Shown in pieces: positions 10,405-19,716 of a DNA stretch of 64,000 nt (its first letter is position 1; every line of letters begins with the position of its first letter). The notes under the pieces were generated by a model. The model did not search any database and was not told the DNA's origin. It saw only the letters and a program-made list of their open reading frames with translations. Source of the stretch: Caulobacter sp. (GTDB taxonomy: Bacteria > Pseudomonadota > Alphaproteobacteria > Caulobacterales > Caulobacteraceae). Location: positions 190,465 through 254,464 of the forward strand of contig JAGHZU010000003.1 in the NCBI GenBank assembly GCA_017745235.1, read 5' to 3'. Made by a program: the position numbers and the translations under genes.

Positions 10405-10935
10405 ATGGCCCAACCCGATACGCTCCCGCCTCCCCTTCCCGCCGCACTGCTAGAGCGGATCGAGGGCATCCTGGAACATCACCACCTGATGACCGTGGCG
10501 ACGTTACGCTCGGATGGCTGGCCGCAGGCCACAATAGTCAACTACGTCGCCGACGGCCTGCGCCTCTATTTCGTGGTGTCCTCGGTCAGCCAGAAATTGG
10601 TCAATCTCCGTCATGACCGCCGCGCGTCGATCGCCATCGGCGGTGGCTCGGGCGACACGCCGGTGGGCCTGTCCCTGGCGGTTCATGTCCGCGAGGTCGT
10701 CGAGCCGAACGAGATCGCCAGTGTGAACGACAGACTATGGTCGGACGGGCGCGGCGTCGGATTCAGACCCCACCCGGCCACCCCCGGCTCGGTGCTCCTG
10801 GCCGCCGACCCGCTGATTGTTTCACTGATCGACTACGACGGCCCCAAGGCCTGGCCCCGCCTCTTTCGTGTCGAGCCCGACTGGCGGCTCGTACCTGTAG
10901 ACCCTGCCCGCGATCATCCGGAGATCCTGCCATGA
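10405..10935 (+). CDS. Pyridoxamine 5'-phosphate oxidase-like flavin-binding protein
   Basis: LMTVATLRSDGWPQATIVNY...SQKLVNL motif; RBS gaggag. Confidence 0.85.
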   Translation: MAQPDTLPPPLPAALLERIEGILEHHHLMTVATLRSDGWPQATIVNYVADGLRLYFVVSSVSQKLVNLRHDRRASIAIGGGSGDTPVGLSLAVHVREVVEPNEIASVNDRLWSDGRGVGFRPHPATPGSVLLAADPLIVSLIDYDGPKAWPRLFRVEPDWRLVPVDPARDHPEILP

Positions 10936-11531
10936 AACACGCGGTCATCCTCGCCCATCCCAAACCCACCAGCTTCTGCGCGGCCATCGCCCGCACCTGT
11001 GTGGAGCATCTGCGCGCGACGGATCATGAGGTCATTCTGCGCGACCTCTATGCGCTCGACTTCGATCCGCGTCTCAAGGCTGAGGAAATGCCGACCGCCT
11101 ATGGCGCCACGCCAGCGGCCGACGTCGCGGCCGAGCGCGCCGGCCTAGCTGGGGTCAAGAGCCTGATCTTCGTCTACCCGTTCTGGTTCAATGCGCCGCC
11201 GGCGATCCTCAAAGGCTATGTCGATCGGGTTCTAAGCATGGGTTTCGGCTATGCCTCCATTAGCGGTCGCATGGAATCGCTCTTGGACGGCGTGGCTCTG
11301 ACGAGCTTTTCGACGTCCGGAGCCCCAGAGCACTGGGTCAACAACACCGGCGCCTTGCAGGCGTTGATGACGGTCTTCGACCGACACCTGTGCGGCGTCT
11401 GCGGCTTCAACCTGCTAGGCCACGAGCATTTCGGCGACATCGTCCCCGACATGACCGAAGAATGGGGCCAGGACCTCCTCGAGCGGGTGCGCGGCAAGTT
11501 GAACGACCTGTTCGAGTTGGCCTACGCCTGA
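10932..11531 (+). CDS. Flavodoxin-fold NAD(P)H-dependent (quinone) oxidoreductase
   Basis: ILAHPKPTSF, LRDLY, FVYPFWFNAPPAILKGYVDRV; ATGA overlap with upstream gene. Confidence 0.88.
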   Translation: MKHAVILAHPKPTSFCAAIARTCVEHLRATDHEVILRDLYALDFDPRLKAEEMPTAYGATPAADVAAERAGLAGVKSLIFVYPFWFNAPPAILKGYVDRVLSMGFGYASISGRMESLLDGVALTSFSTSGAPEHWVNNTGALQALMTVFDRHLCGVCGFNLLGHEHFGDIVPDMTEEWGQDLLERVRGKLNDLFELAYA

Positions 11532-11535
11532 AGCC

Positions 11536-12522
11536 CTAGTCGACCACCAACACTGCGGCGCCGGCGAAGGCGCCGTCGCGCAAATCGGCGAGCGCCTGAG
11601 CGGCTTGGCGGAGCCGGTAAGTCTTCACATGAGCTTTCACACCAGCGAGCATTGCGCGCGGCAGATAATCACGCGCGTCGGCACGCGTCAGATTGGCGAC
11701 CGACACCAGGCGCCGTTCGCCCCAGAGGTCAGCGTAGTCCATGGCGGGGATCCGGCTCATATGAATCCCGCCGCAGACAACCGTCCCGCCCTTGCGCACC
11801 GCGCGCAGAGCCAGGGGCACCAGATCGCCTGAGGGAGCAAACAGGATGGCCGCGTCAAGCGGTTCCGGCGGCGGCGCGAACGAAGCGCCAGCCCACAAAC
11901 AACCGGTCTCCAGCGCCAGGTTCTGGGCCGCCTGGTCACCGGCCTTGGTGAAGGCGTAGACTTTCTGCCCCTCGGCCCGGGCCATCTGCGCCAGAAGATG
12001 CGCCGCCGCGCCGAAGCCATAGAGACCAAGCCGCTGAACACGGCCGGGATCTCCGGCCATCCTCCAGGCGCGATATCCGATCAGCCCGGCGCAGAGGAGC
12101 GGCGCCAGATCGACATCCGCCGGCCCATCGGGAAGGGGCAGGCAGAATCGGGCGTCGGCGACCAGCTTTTGGGCGTAGCCGCCGTCGCGGTTCCAGCCGG
12201 TGAAGGTCGGGGCGTCGCAAAGGTTCTCGGCGCCTTGGCGGCAGTAGGGGCAATGGCCGCAGGTTGAACCCAGCCACGCCACGCCTACACGCTGGCCGAT
12301 GTCGAAATCCCGCACGCCGGCGCCCAGCTCGGCGACCTCCCCGACCACCTCGTGACCGGGCACGATCGGTCCTCGCAACGGCAGATCGCCGTCGAGAAGG
12401 TGCAGGTCCGTGCGGCAGACTCCACAGGCACGGACACGCACCAGAACCTCCCCGGCGCCCGGGCGAGGCGTCGGACGCAGGACAGGCGACAAGCGCCTGT
12501 CCTGGATCACCATGGCCAGCAT
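11536..12522 (-). CDS. Zn-dependent alcohol dehydrogenase family protein
   Basis: [23 protein letters not shown]...C and [11 protein letters not shown]. Confidence 0.92.
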   Translation of the reverse strand: MLAMVIQDRRLSPVLRPTPRPGAGEVLVRVRACGVCRTDLHLLDGDLPLRGPIVPGHEVVGEVAELGAGVRDFDIGQRVGVAWLGSTCGHCPYCRQGAENLCDAPTFTGWNRDGGYAQKLVADARFCLPLPDGPADVDLAPLLCAGLIGYRAWRMAGDPGRVQRLGLYGFGAAAHLLAQMARAEGQKVYAFTKAGDQAAQNLALETGCLWAGASFAPPPEPLDAAILFAPSGDLVPLALRAVRKGGTVVCGGIHMSRIPAMDYADLWGERRLVSVANLTRADARDYLPRAMLAGVKAHVKTYRLRQAAQALADLRDGAFAGAAVLVVD

Positions 12523-12524
12523 GA

Positions 12525-12998
12525 TCAGGCCGCTGACGCTGGCTTGGCCTCGATCGCGATCGTCTTGCCGGCCATCGCGGCGGCTTTGGGCGCGGTAATG
12601 GTCAGCACGCCGTCACTGAGACTGGCGCGCACCTTGTCGGCGTCGACGGCCAGGGGCATGACCACTGAACGTGAAAAGGCGCCGCTGCGCCGCTCGACCA
12701 GGTGATAGGTCTTGTCAGCTTCCTCGGTTTGCGTAGAGGTCTTGCCCGCGACGGTAAGAACATCGCCGTTCAGGGTGATGCTGATGTCGTTCTCCTTGTA
12801 GCCGGGAACGTCGAGCTTCAGTTCGACCCCATCGGCGGTCTCGGCGAAGTCAAGGCTGGGCGCATCAAAGCCACTCCGGCCCGCCTCACGTCCGAAATCA
12901 GCGAACACCCGGTCGATATCCCGTTGCAGCGGGGCGAAAAGATGCAGGCCTCGCGATCCGAAGACCGGGAGCAGGGTTCGAGTATCTTGGGTGCTCAT
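12525..12998 (-). CDS. Small heat-shock protein Hsp20
   Basis: [16 protein letters not shown] and [12 protein letters not shown] alpha-crystallin motifs; start placed at ATG 12998. Confidence 0.92.
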   Translation of the reverse strand: MSTQDTRTLLPVFGSRGLHLFAPLQRDIDRVFADFGREAGRSGFDAPSLDFAETADGVELKLDVPGYKENDISITLNGDVLTVAGKTSTQTEEADKTYHLVERRSGAFSRSVVMPLAVDADKVRASLSDGVLTITAPKAAAMAGKTIAIEAKPASAA

Positions 12999-13070
12999 CA
13001 CACGCCTCTTTGGTCCGATACGCGTCCCGAACGACGCCCTGTTACCCTGCGCTTCCCGCAGGACGGAGAC

Positions 13071-13084
13071 TTGAGCGCGCTCAA
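13071..13084. promoter_or_regulatory. FixK/Fnr box TTGAG-CGCG-CTCAA (perfect palindrome)
   Basis: Intergenic, centred about 80 bp upstream of the hsp20 start. Confidence 0.7.
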
Positions 13085-13090
13085 TTGGGC

Positions 13091-14710
13091 TCAAAAACCC
13101 TGGGTCTCGCCGCCCGGATCGCCAGCGGAAACAATCGCGTCGAGCCGGGCCAGCAGCGCCTTTCGCGCCTTGTCATCCCCCGCCCTCTCCAGCGCCGCGT
13201 TCAGCGCGATCTGGAATGCGACGCGGTCGTTGTGCCAATCCAGGCGGGTGGCTGCATGAGGGGGCAACCGCGCAGCCCGCCCGCTCAGAGCGATCGCTCC
13301 CGAAGGGGTCAACTCGAAGGCGTCGTCTAGATCCGGAACGATAATGCTGGCGGCGTTCAGACCGGCATCCGCCAGTCGCTTTCGCAGACCCTGCGCGCCC
13401 TCGGGTTCGCCATGGACCACGAAAACGCCGCCTTCGATCGGCGTACGCGCCTGGACCCAATCGGCGAGCGCTGGCCCATCAGCGTGGGCTGAATAGACCT
13501 CCAGTCGCCGCACGTGGGCGCGAACCTTGATCTCATCGCCCTGGATCGTGACACGGTCGGCGCCGTCGGCGAGCAGGCGCCCTAAGGTCCCGGCCGCCTG
13601 GAAACCGCACAGCAGCACGGTCGTTTCCTGGCGCCACAGAAGCCGCTTGAGATGCTTGCGCACCCGGCCGGCGTCGCACATGCCGCTGCCCGCGAGCAGG
13701 ATATGCCAACCCTTGAGCTGCTCGAGCTTGTCGCTGTCGCGCGGCGCGTCGACAAAATGCAGCCAAGCCGAAGGGCGCAAGACCGCGAAGGGATTATCTC
13801 CGACCGCGGCGTTCCAGCCGCGCTCGCGAAAGACTTCGCAGGCCTCGATGGCCAGCGGTGAATCCAGGAAGATGTCGCCCTCGGGAACCTCGCCGGCGTC
13901 CATCAGCGTCAGAAGGTCGACCAGCAGTTCCTGGCTGCGCTCGACGGCGAAGGCCGGAATCAGAAGCGGGCCGCCAGCGGCGTGCGCGGCTCGAACCGCC
14001 TCCGCGAGCAGGCGGCGGCGGCCCGCGCTGTCGCTGACTGATCGCTCACGGTCGCCATAGGTCGACTCGACGATGAGGTGGTTGACGCCCTCGGGTCCAT
14101 CCGGATCGGGCAGAAACTCGCTGCCGCCTGAACCTAAGTCTCCGGAGAACAGTAGCCGCTGACGTCCCTCGGCACCGGCCAGATCGACCACGATCGAAGC
14201 CGAACCGAGAATGTGGCCGGCTTCCCAGTAGACAGCGCTGAGCCCAGGCGCGACGTCTACGGTCTCGCCGAGCTTCACCTTCCTGAACTGCCGCATGACC
14301 CGGGAAGCGTCCTTGGCCGTATAGATCGGTTCCACCAGCGCCCTTCCCCGGCGCTGGTTGCGGCGGTTCAGGGTTTGCACCTCCGACTCCTGGATGCCGC
14401 CGGCGTCGGCCAGCATCACGGCGCAAAGATCCCGCGTGGCGGCGGTAGCGTAGATCGGCCCGTCGAACCCCGCTTTCATCAGCTTGGGCAGCAGTCCGGA
14501 GTGATCGATATGGGCATGGGTCAGAAGGACCGCATCTATTCCGGCGGGATTGAACGGGAAATCCTGGTAATTGAGCGCCTTCAAGCTCTTGGGCCCCTGA
14601 AACAGGCCGCAATCAACAAGGATGGTCGCGCCTTCGGACTGCAGTCGGGCGCAGAAACCGGTGACGCAACCCGCCGCCCCGTGAAAGGTCAATCTAGGAG
14701 CCATGGCCAA
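13091..14710 (-). CDS. MBL-fold beta-CASP metallo-hydrolase (putative ribonuclease)
   Basis: VDCGLFQG, LTHAHIDHSG, AGHILGS, ESTYG, SGMCDAGR, GFQAAGTLG and YSAHAD. Confidence 0.92.
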   Translation of the reverse strand: MAMAPRLTFHGAAGCVTGFCARLQSEGATILVDCGLFQGPKSLKALNYQDFPFNPAGIDAVLLTHAHIDHSGLLPKLMKAGFDGPIYATAATRDLCAVMLADAGGIQESEVQTLNRRNQRRGRALVEPIYTAKDASRVMRQFRKVKLGETVDVAPGLSAVYWEAGHILGSASIVVDLAGAEGRQRLLFSGDLGSGGSEFLPDPDGPEGVNHLIVESTYGDRERSVSDSAGRRRLLAEAVRAAHAAGGPLLIPAFAVERSQELLVDLLTLMDAGEVPEGDIFLDSPLAIEACEVFRERGWNAAVGDNPFAVLRPSAWLHFVDAPRDSDKLEQLKGWHILLAGSGMCDAGRVRKHLKRLLWRQETTVLLCGFQAAGTLGRLLADGADRVTIQGDEIKVRAHVRRLEVYSAHADGPALADWVQARTPIEGGVFVVHGEPEGAQGLRKRLADAGLNAASIIVPDLDDAFELTPSGAIALSGRAARLPPHAATRLDWHNDRVAFQIALNAALERAGDDKARKALLARLDAIVSAGDPGGETQGF

Positions 14711-14713
14711 GCC

Positions 14714-15160
14714 TCAAGCGACGTCAAAGCGAATATCGCGCAACCGGCTGCGCAACCCCTCGCTTGTTTCGGCCAGTAGATCGAGCGGCGCATCCAGGAC
14801 GGACCGGCTCCTGATCAATGGGCTCAGATGCTCGCGCAACCGGCCCAAGGCGCGGGGCGGGGCGAAGAGCGCCAGCCCATCAAAGCGCTCGGTTCTGAAG
14901 ACCGTGATGATCCGCGCGGCCAGCCGCCCGCAGAACTGATCTAGCAATTGCTCGGCGGCCGGCCTGGCGGATGTTCCATGTAGGGCCTGACCCATACGAT
15001 CGTGAACTGCGCCGGATGACGACCGTGGTCCGGTTCCAGCCGTTACGGCTTCCAGCCATTCGGGGTGCTCGATCAGCCGTCCCCCCTGTCGCCGTTCCTC
15101 GAAAATGCGCGCGTGCCCAGCGTCTGCCGCGACAACGAGCGTTCTTCCGTCCGGGTGCAT
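14714..15160 (-). CDS. Host-attachment family (baeRF12/aeRF1-like) protein
   Basis: LVVAADAGHARIF N-terminus and LALFAPPRALGRLR motif; 3 bp from the MBL gene. Confidence 0.8.
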   Translation of the reverse strand: MHPDGRTLVVAADAGHARIFEERRQGGRLIEHPEWLEAVTAGTGPRSSSGAVHDRMGQALHGTSARPAAEQLLDQFCGRLAARIITVFRTERFDGLALFAPPRALGRLREHLSPLIRSRSVLDAPLDLLAETSEGLRSRLRDIRFDVA

Positions 15161-15215
15161 GATCGACCTCCAATCTCCATCCGAAGGCAGTCTGCGCTCA
15201 CGCCCCCGCGAGCGA

Positions 15216-15229
15216 CTGATCGAGATCAA
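15216..15229. promoter_or_regulatory. FixK/Fnr box CTGAT-CGAG-ATCAA
   Basis: One mismatch to TTGAT-N4-ATCAA; centred about 62 bp upstream of ATG 15160. Confidence 0.7.
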
Positions 15230-15232
15230 AAT

Positions 15233-15976
15233 TCACGACCATCTAACCTGTGAGTATGACCCGGCAGACCGGTCCGCACGGCGAACCCCTCGATCCATCG
15301 CTTGAAAGCGAGCATCGCCCCGACCTGTTAGCAAGGCGCGTGCATGAACTTCACGCCCGTTCCCTTCTCGCCAGATCGCCTTATTCTCGAAGAGATCGCT
15401 CGGAAGGCCCACGCGGTTAGCGGCGGCGACAAATCCGATGCGGCAGTCTAGGGCGTCGCGATTGGCCTCCTGAACGTCGGCCCAGGCCTCGAACAGGACG
15501 ACCTTGTTGGGAGTGATCGCGACTTGCGCCTCTTGCAAGGCCACGGCCAGGCGGCCGTGTGTGTTGGCCTCGACGGCGTAGACGAGGCGACATCGATCAA
15601 GCGCCTCTTCGAATCCCGCCCGGGCGGACGCCGGCGTCCTCGGCGCCTTGATAGCCATCAAACTAAAGGCGGCGGTCTGGCAGCGGCTTTGAGCGATCCT
15701 GACCAAGTCTGGCGGCGCGCGCGGATCGGAGGGCGGTGGCGTGACGGCCGCCACCGCCGCCACAGCTGCGTCGCAAGGCACGGCGGCCGCTTGAATGAGA
15801 TTCCAAGTTTCCAAGATCTCAACGCGTGGGGGCGCCTCCGAGGGGGCGCGCTCAGAGGGACTTCTAAGGACAACGGGTTCGCGCTTCACAGAGGTCACGA
15901 TGAGGCCCGCGCTCAGAATGAGCATCCCGGCGAGCAGCGCGGCGGGAGCCGCCAGGCGAGCAGACGATAGGTTCAC
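15233..15976 (-). CDS. Hypothetical membrane-anchored/exported protein
   Basis: GTG start overlaps the upstream stop (GTGA); N-terminal hydrophobic helix. Confidence 0.5.
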   Translation of the reverse strand: MNLSSARLAAPAALLAGMLILSAGLIVTSVKREPVVLRSPSERAPSEAPPRVEILETWNLIQAAAVPCDAAVAAVAAVTPPPSDPRAPPDLVRIAQSRCQTAAFSLMAIKAPRTPASARAGFEEALDRCRLVYAVEANTHGRLAVALQEAQVAITPNKVVLFEAWADVQEANRDALDCRIGFVAAANRVGLPSDLFENKAIWREGNGREVHARALLTGRGDARFQAMDRGVRRADRSAGSYSQVRWS

Positions 15977-16536
15977 GAGGTCCCCCGTCGGCGAGCCATC
16001 AGCGCCAGGGGCAGTCCGGATAGATTCAGCGCAATCGCCAAGGTCGGCGGCCAGCCCCAAAGATCCAGGCCCTGGTTCGTCGCCAACACAGCCAGGGCCA
16101 ACGGCCCTGCCAGCGACGTCAGCAAGAGCCGTCGGGCCGGGAAGTCGGCGATCGTGGCGGGCGCTCCGACGCCGAGCAGGGCGATTGACTGGATGAACGC
16201 TGTCGCCAGAGCCATGACCGTCAGGCTGGGAATGGCTGGTGTCTCGAAGAGAAGCAGCGCAGCGGCGAATGCGCCGGTCGCCAACGACCAAAGCATGATC
16301 CACCAGACCGCCCCGGTTCGGTGCGCGCCCCAAAGGCTGACGATGGCGCCAAACAGCAGGCAGCCCAGCAGGAATGCCCCCGCCGCCTGGCCGAAAATCG
16401 GCGCGATGAGCGCCAGCGCCGGAAACAGCCAGCGCCCCTGGATCCCTGAAAGGAGTCGTCGCTGAACCCGCGCCGCCCGGCGTGCGCAGCGACGCGCGAT
16501 GGGCGGGCGCGGCCAGACTGAAGGGTGCTCCACCAT
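15973..16536 (-). CDS. Hypothetical polytopic membrane protein (HdeD/DUF308-like)
   Basis: 187 aa with about five hydrophobic segments. Confidence 0.55.
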   Translation of the reverse strand: MVEHPSVWPRPPIARRCARRAARVQRRLLSGIQGRWLFPALALIAPIFGQAAGAFLLGCLLFGAIVSLWGAHRTGAVWWIMLWSLATGAFAAALLLFETPAIPSLTVMALATAFIQSIALLGVGAPATIADFPARRLLLTSLAGPLALAVLATNQGLDLWGWPPTLAIALNLSGLPLALMARRRGTS

Positions 16537-16546
16537 TTTCGCCCCC

Positions 16547-16699
16547 TTAGTGAGTGTGCGGCGGCGCCAACGCCGGCTCGTGGTAGGGCGGTCGCAGTCG
16601 CCGAAGCGATGACTCGCAGCTACTGACCAGGATCAGGCCGGCCACCATCATCAGCCCCAACGCCGCATGCCACGGAAAGTGCTTGGGCATGCGGGTCAT
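16547..16699 (-). CDS. Small 50-aa putative lipoprotein (not in ORF track)
   Basis: MTRMPKHFPWHAALGLMMVAGLILVSSCESSLRRLRPPYHEPALAPPHTH*; RBS ggagggg; hydrophobic core then VSS-C lipobox-like motif. Confidence 0.5.
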   Translation of the reverse strand: MTRMPKHFPWHAALGLMMVAGLILVSSCESSLRRLRPPYHEPALAPPHTH

Positions 16700-16864
16700 C
16701 GTCCCCTCCCGGTCGACCGCATTCTGGGGCCTGGGCCGCAGATCACCTGGACGGCGACGAAGCTGGCCGTCGCCACTAAGGCGGCTAACGCCAGCCAGTC
16801 GAGCGCCAGCAACACCTGTTGAAGACTGGCCATGATCGACGTCCTTTCACATTCACGGCGGGCG

Positions 16865-17665
16865 TTAGCGCCCCATGACCAGCGGCAGCTCCGCCGCGTC
16901 GAGCATGCGGCGGGTCACACCGCCGAAAAGCGCCCCGCTCAGCCGGCCTCGACCAAAGGCGCCCATCACGCAGTAGCTTGCGTCGCGTACAGCGCAGGCC
17001 CGTAGGATGACGGCGTCCGGGCGTTCGCCACGCGGGTCGAGCTGGTCGATGTCCGCATGAACCCCGTGCCGAGACAGGTAAGCTGCGGCGGCTTCGACCG
17101 GAGCGCCCTGTCGCCCGTCGCCGACGGTGACTAGCGAAACCGAGACAGCCTGCTCCAAAAGCGGAACCGCCCCGCGCAAGGCCGTCATGCAGGGCGCTGA
17201 GCCATCCCATGCCACCACGGCCGGACCGCAGGCGTCGAAACCGAAGACATAGTCGGGCACGGCGATCACGGGACAGCGGGCCTGCGAGAGGACATCGGAA
17301 ACGATGCCGCGCGGCTCGGGCGCCAGCAGCCGATCTCGCTTGCAATTGACGACGATGACGTCGCTCAGGCCGGCTTGCTGCATGAGCCGCTCGGTGAACC
17401 CGCCCTCGGCGTCGATCCAATCCCAGCTTTCGCCTTCCTGACCCAGGCGCGCCTGGAGCACGGCCCGATTGGCCGCCTCTGTCGAACGCTCCTGTTGCAG
17501 AACCCGCGCGTAGGCCTCGCCCGTGAAGTCGCCGGCGACGAACGGCGTCGGGGCGATATCCACGCACGTCAAATGTCCCGTCAGTGTCCGCGTAAGCGCC
17601 AAAGCCGCTTGCAGGCGCGCTTCCTGACCGGGGTCGTCGTGAACGAACAACAAGACCGTCTTCAT
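16865..17665 (-). CDS. Universal stress protein (paralogue of 3758..4555)
   Basis: GQEARLQAAL, VVAWDGS and VMGAFGRGRLSGALFGGVTRRML. Confidence 0.9.
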   Translation of the reverse strand: MKTVLLFVHDDPGQEARLQAALALTRTLTGHLTCVDIAPTPFVAGDFTGEAYARVLQQERSTEAANRAVLQARLGQEGESWDWIDAEGGFTERLMQQAGLSDVIVVNCKRDRLLAPEPRGIVSDVLSQARCPVIAVPDYVFGFDACGPAVVAWDGSAPCMTALRGAVPLLEQAVSVSLVTVGDGRQGAPVEAAAAYLSRHGVHADIDQLDPRGERPDAVILRACAVRDASYCVMGAFGRGRLSGALFGGVTRRMLDAAELPLVMGR

Positions 17666-17828
17666 GACCGCCTCCATCGACTGGATACGAAGAGCATAGG
17701 CTTTACGCGGGCCGCCAAAATGCGCATTTATACGGATGGGATCGGCGCTTTATCCCGTTGTTTCAAAGCGTTGAGTGGAGCTCGCGACATCGAACCGCGG
17801 CTCTTCCCCTGCTCAAATCTCTAGTCGC

Positions 17829-18155
17829 TCAGGCGTGACGACGGGTCAGCGCATACGTCGTCAAGCTCGCCACCGCCGCTGTGAGCAGCGCCGCCGCGGC
17901 TGTCAGGGCCGCGGCTTCTCCCGGATGACGATGAACCTGACGGCTGACGTCTTTGGAAAGCTCATCGATTTTTTTCTGGACGTCGGCCACGAGCTCCGCC
18001 GTCGCATGGCCGAGCGCGACCGCATTGGCCGAAACCGCGTCGCCGGCCTCGCCCCGAAACTGTTCGACCATGATCTTCAGGTGTTCAGCCACCTTGGTCA
18101 GCGCGTGGGAAACTTCGTCTCCAACGGGTTTGGCCGGAAGTGGGGTCTTGGACAT
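17829..18155 (-). CDS. Hypothetical tail-anchored protein (ElaB/DUF883-like)
   Basis: Helical N-terminus, VHRHP followed by a hydrophobic C-terminal helix and basic tail TRRHA. Confidence 0.55.
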   Translation of the reverse strand: MSKTPLPAKPVGDEVSHALTKVAEHLKIMVEQFRGEAGDAVSANAVALGHATAELVADVQKKIDELSKDVSRQVHRHPGEAAALTAAAALLTAAVASLTTYALTRRHA

Positions 18156-18211
18156 GAGGACGCTCCAACGGTTAGGTCCAGAACAGCATGCTCTTGTCCT
18201 GGACAGCCGGA

Positions 18212-18225
18212 TTGACCTCGATCAA
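18212..18225. promoter_or_regulatory. FixK/Fnr box TTGAC-CTCG-ATCAA between divergent genes
   Basis: Near-perfect consensus; spacing fits both 18155(-) and 18335(+). Confidence 0.8.
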
Positions 18226-18334
18226 CGGACTACCCTCTTTCAGGATTGGTCGGTTCGCCCGCGTCGAAATTGCGCTGGCTCAAAGGGTCAGCGACGCAAG
18301 GGTTCATCCTGTCCCAGCATCATGGTAGGCTGCG

Positions 18335-18808
18335 ATGGACCAAGCGCTTCGACACGAAATCCTGACGATCCTGGAAGCGGGCCGAGACTTGACCCTGGCC
18401 ACGGTGCGAGACGATGGCGGCCCCCAGGCAACGACCGTTTCCTATGTGAGCGATGGCCTGTCGATTTACTTCGGCTGTTCGGCAAACTCTCAAAAGGCCC
18501 ACAACCTGGCCCGCGATCCTCGCGTGGCCTTGACGGTCGATTTGCCCTATGCGGACTGGAACGAGATCAGGGGGCTGGCGATCAGCGGCGAGGCCATACG
18601 CCTGATCGATCCCGATCAAGTCTCGGAAGTGGAAAATCTTTTCGTGACCAAGTTCCCCCAACTGCGCGAAGCCTTCGCGCTCGGCGGCGCGGAGATCGCG
18701 CTCTTCTGCATCACGCCGCTGGTGGTCTCGGTGCTCGACTATCGCAGGGGCTTCGGGCACGTCGACTATGTGGAGGCCGCAGAGCTCGAACTCGTCGCCG
18801 TGGTCTGA
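18335..18808 (+). CDS. Pyridoxamine 5'-phosphate oxidase-like protein
   Basis: LTLATVRDDGGPQATTVSY and SQKAHNLARDPRV. Confidence 0.88.
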   Translation: MDQALRHEILTILEAGRDLTLATVRDDGGPQATTVSYVSDGLSIYFGCSANSQKAHNLARDPRVALTVDLPYADWNEIRGLAISGEAIRLIDPDQVSEVENLFVTKFPQLREAFALGGAEIALFCITPLVVSVLDYRRGFGHVDYVEAAELELVAVV

Positions 18809-18899
18809 ACGGTCATAGTGATGATCGCGAACCAGCATCCGGCTTGGGCGCGTTGTTCGGCGTCTGGACGGCGCAGCAAGACCTTCATGAGCCCCGCTT

Positions 18900-19680
18900 C
18901 GTGACCAACTCGGTGCTGCTGGGTGGGATCGTCTTCTGTGGCCTCTGCGGCGGAGCGATGACGCTGCGCTCGGGCAAGGGCGGCGCCTAACGCTACTACA
19001 CCTGCTCGAACCGGGCCCGTTGCGGGCCGTCGGCCTGCGACGGCCTGACTGCCCCCATGGAAAAGCTAGACTAAGCCGTCGTCCAGCATATCGAGAACCG
19101 CCTGCACGACCCTGATCGCCTGGCGTCTCTGATGGAGAACGTCATCGACCGCCGGCAGGAATGGGTCGATCGACGCCGCGCACATATCGCCGAATTGCGT
19201 CGACGCGTGACAGACACCGACGCCAAGCTCACTCGGCTCTACGCGGTTGAGGAAGGCGTCGCCGACGTGGCCGATCTGGCCCTGAAGGCGCGGATCGCCG
19301 AACTGACCCGCATCCGCAATGACGCCGGCGTCGAAGTCGAACGCGCCGTCGCGGCGATGGAAAAGCTGGGCCCGACCATCACGCCCGAACTCCCGGAACG
19401 CTTCGCCGCGGCGACCCGCGAAAGCTCTACGACAAAGCGACGGAACGTACTCGCGCGACCTATTCCGGGCGGTCGCCCAGCGCGTCGAGGTCCCCTCGCC
19501 CAACAGCTTGAACATATTCGGCTCGAGAATCGAGCTGCTGAAGACACTGGCGTCGCGCGGTGGCGTGGAATCGGCGCGATCGACGTTCGTGGGTTCTGTA
19601 CCGGCTTGGCGCGCCCTGTTGGACACCCAAGAGAACTACGCGTTCACAATTCAAATCGAACCACATTATCGGGCCGACAA
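18900..19680 (+). pseudogene. Large serine recombinase remnant (Zn-ribbon and coiled coil; catalytic domain absent)
   Basis: LLGGIVFCGLCGGAMTLRSGKGGA*RYYTCS...C...MEKLD*AVV; stops at 18988 and 19072, then a frameshift into DGTYSRDLFRAVAQRVEV...WRA. Confidence 0.85.
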
Positions 19681-19716
19681 AGGCAAGAAGCGTGGGCCAC
19701 GCCAGAAGTGCGTGAC

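Noticed and set aside
16623-16636. CTGAC-CAGG-ATCAG as a fifth FixK box
   Set aside because: Both outer consensus bases deviate and it lies inside the small ORF.
19608-19630. TGGCGCGCCC as a tRNA 3'-end att site
   Set aside because: No T-loop sequence follows; it is explained as the WRA codons of the recombinase C-terminus.
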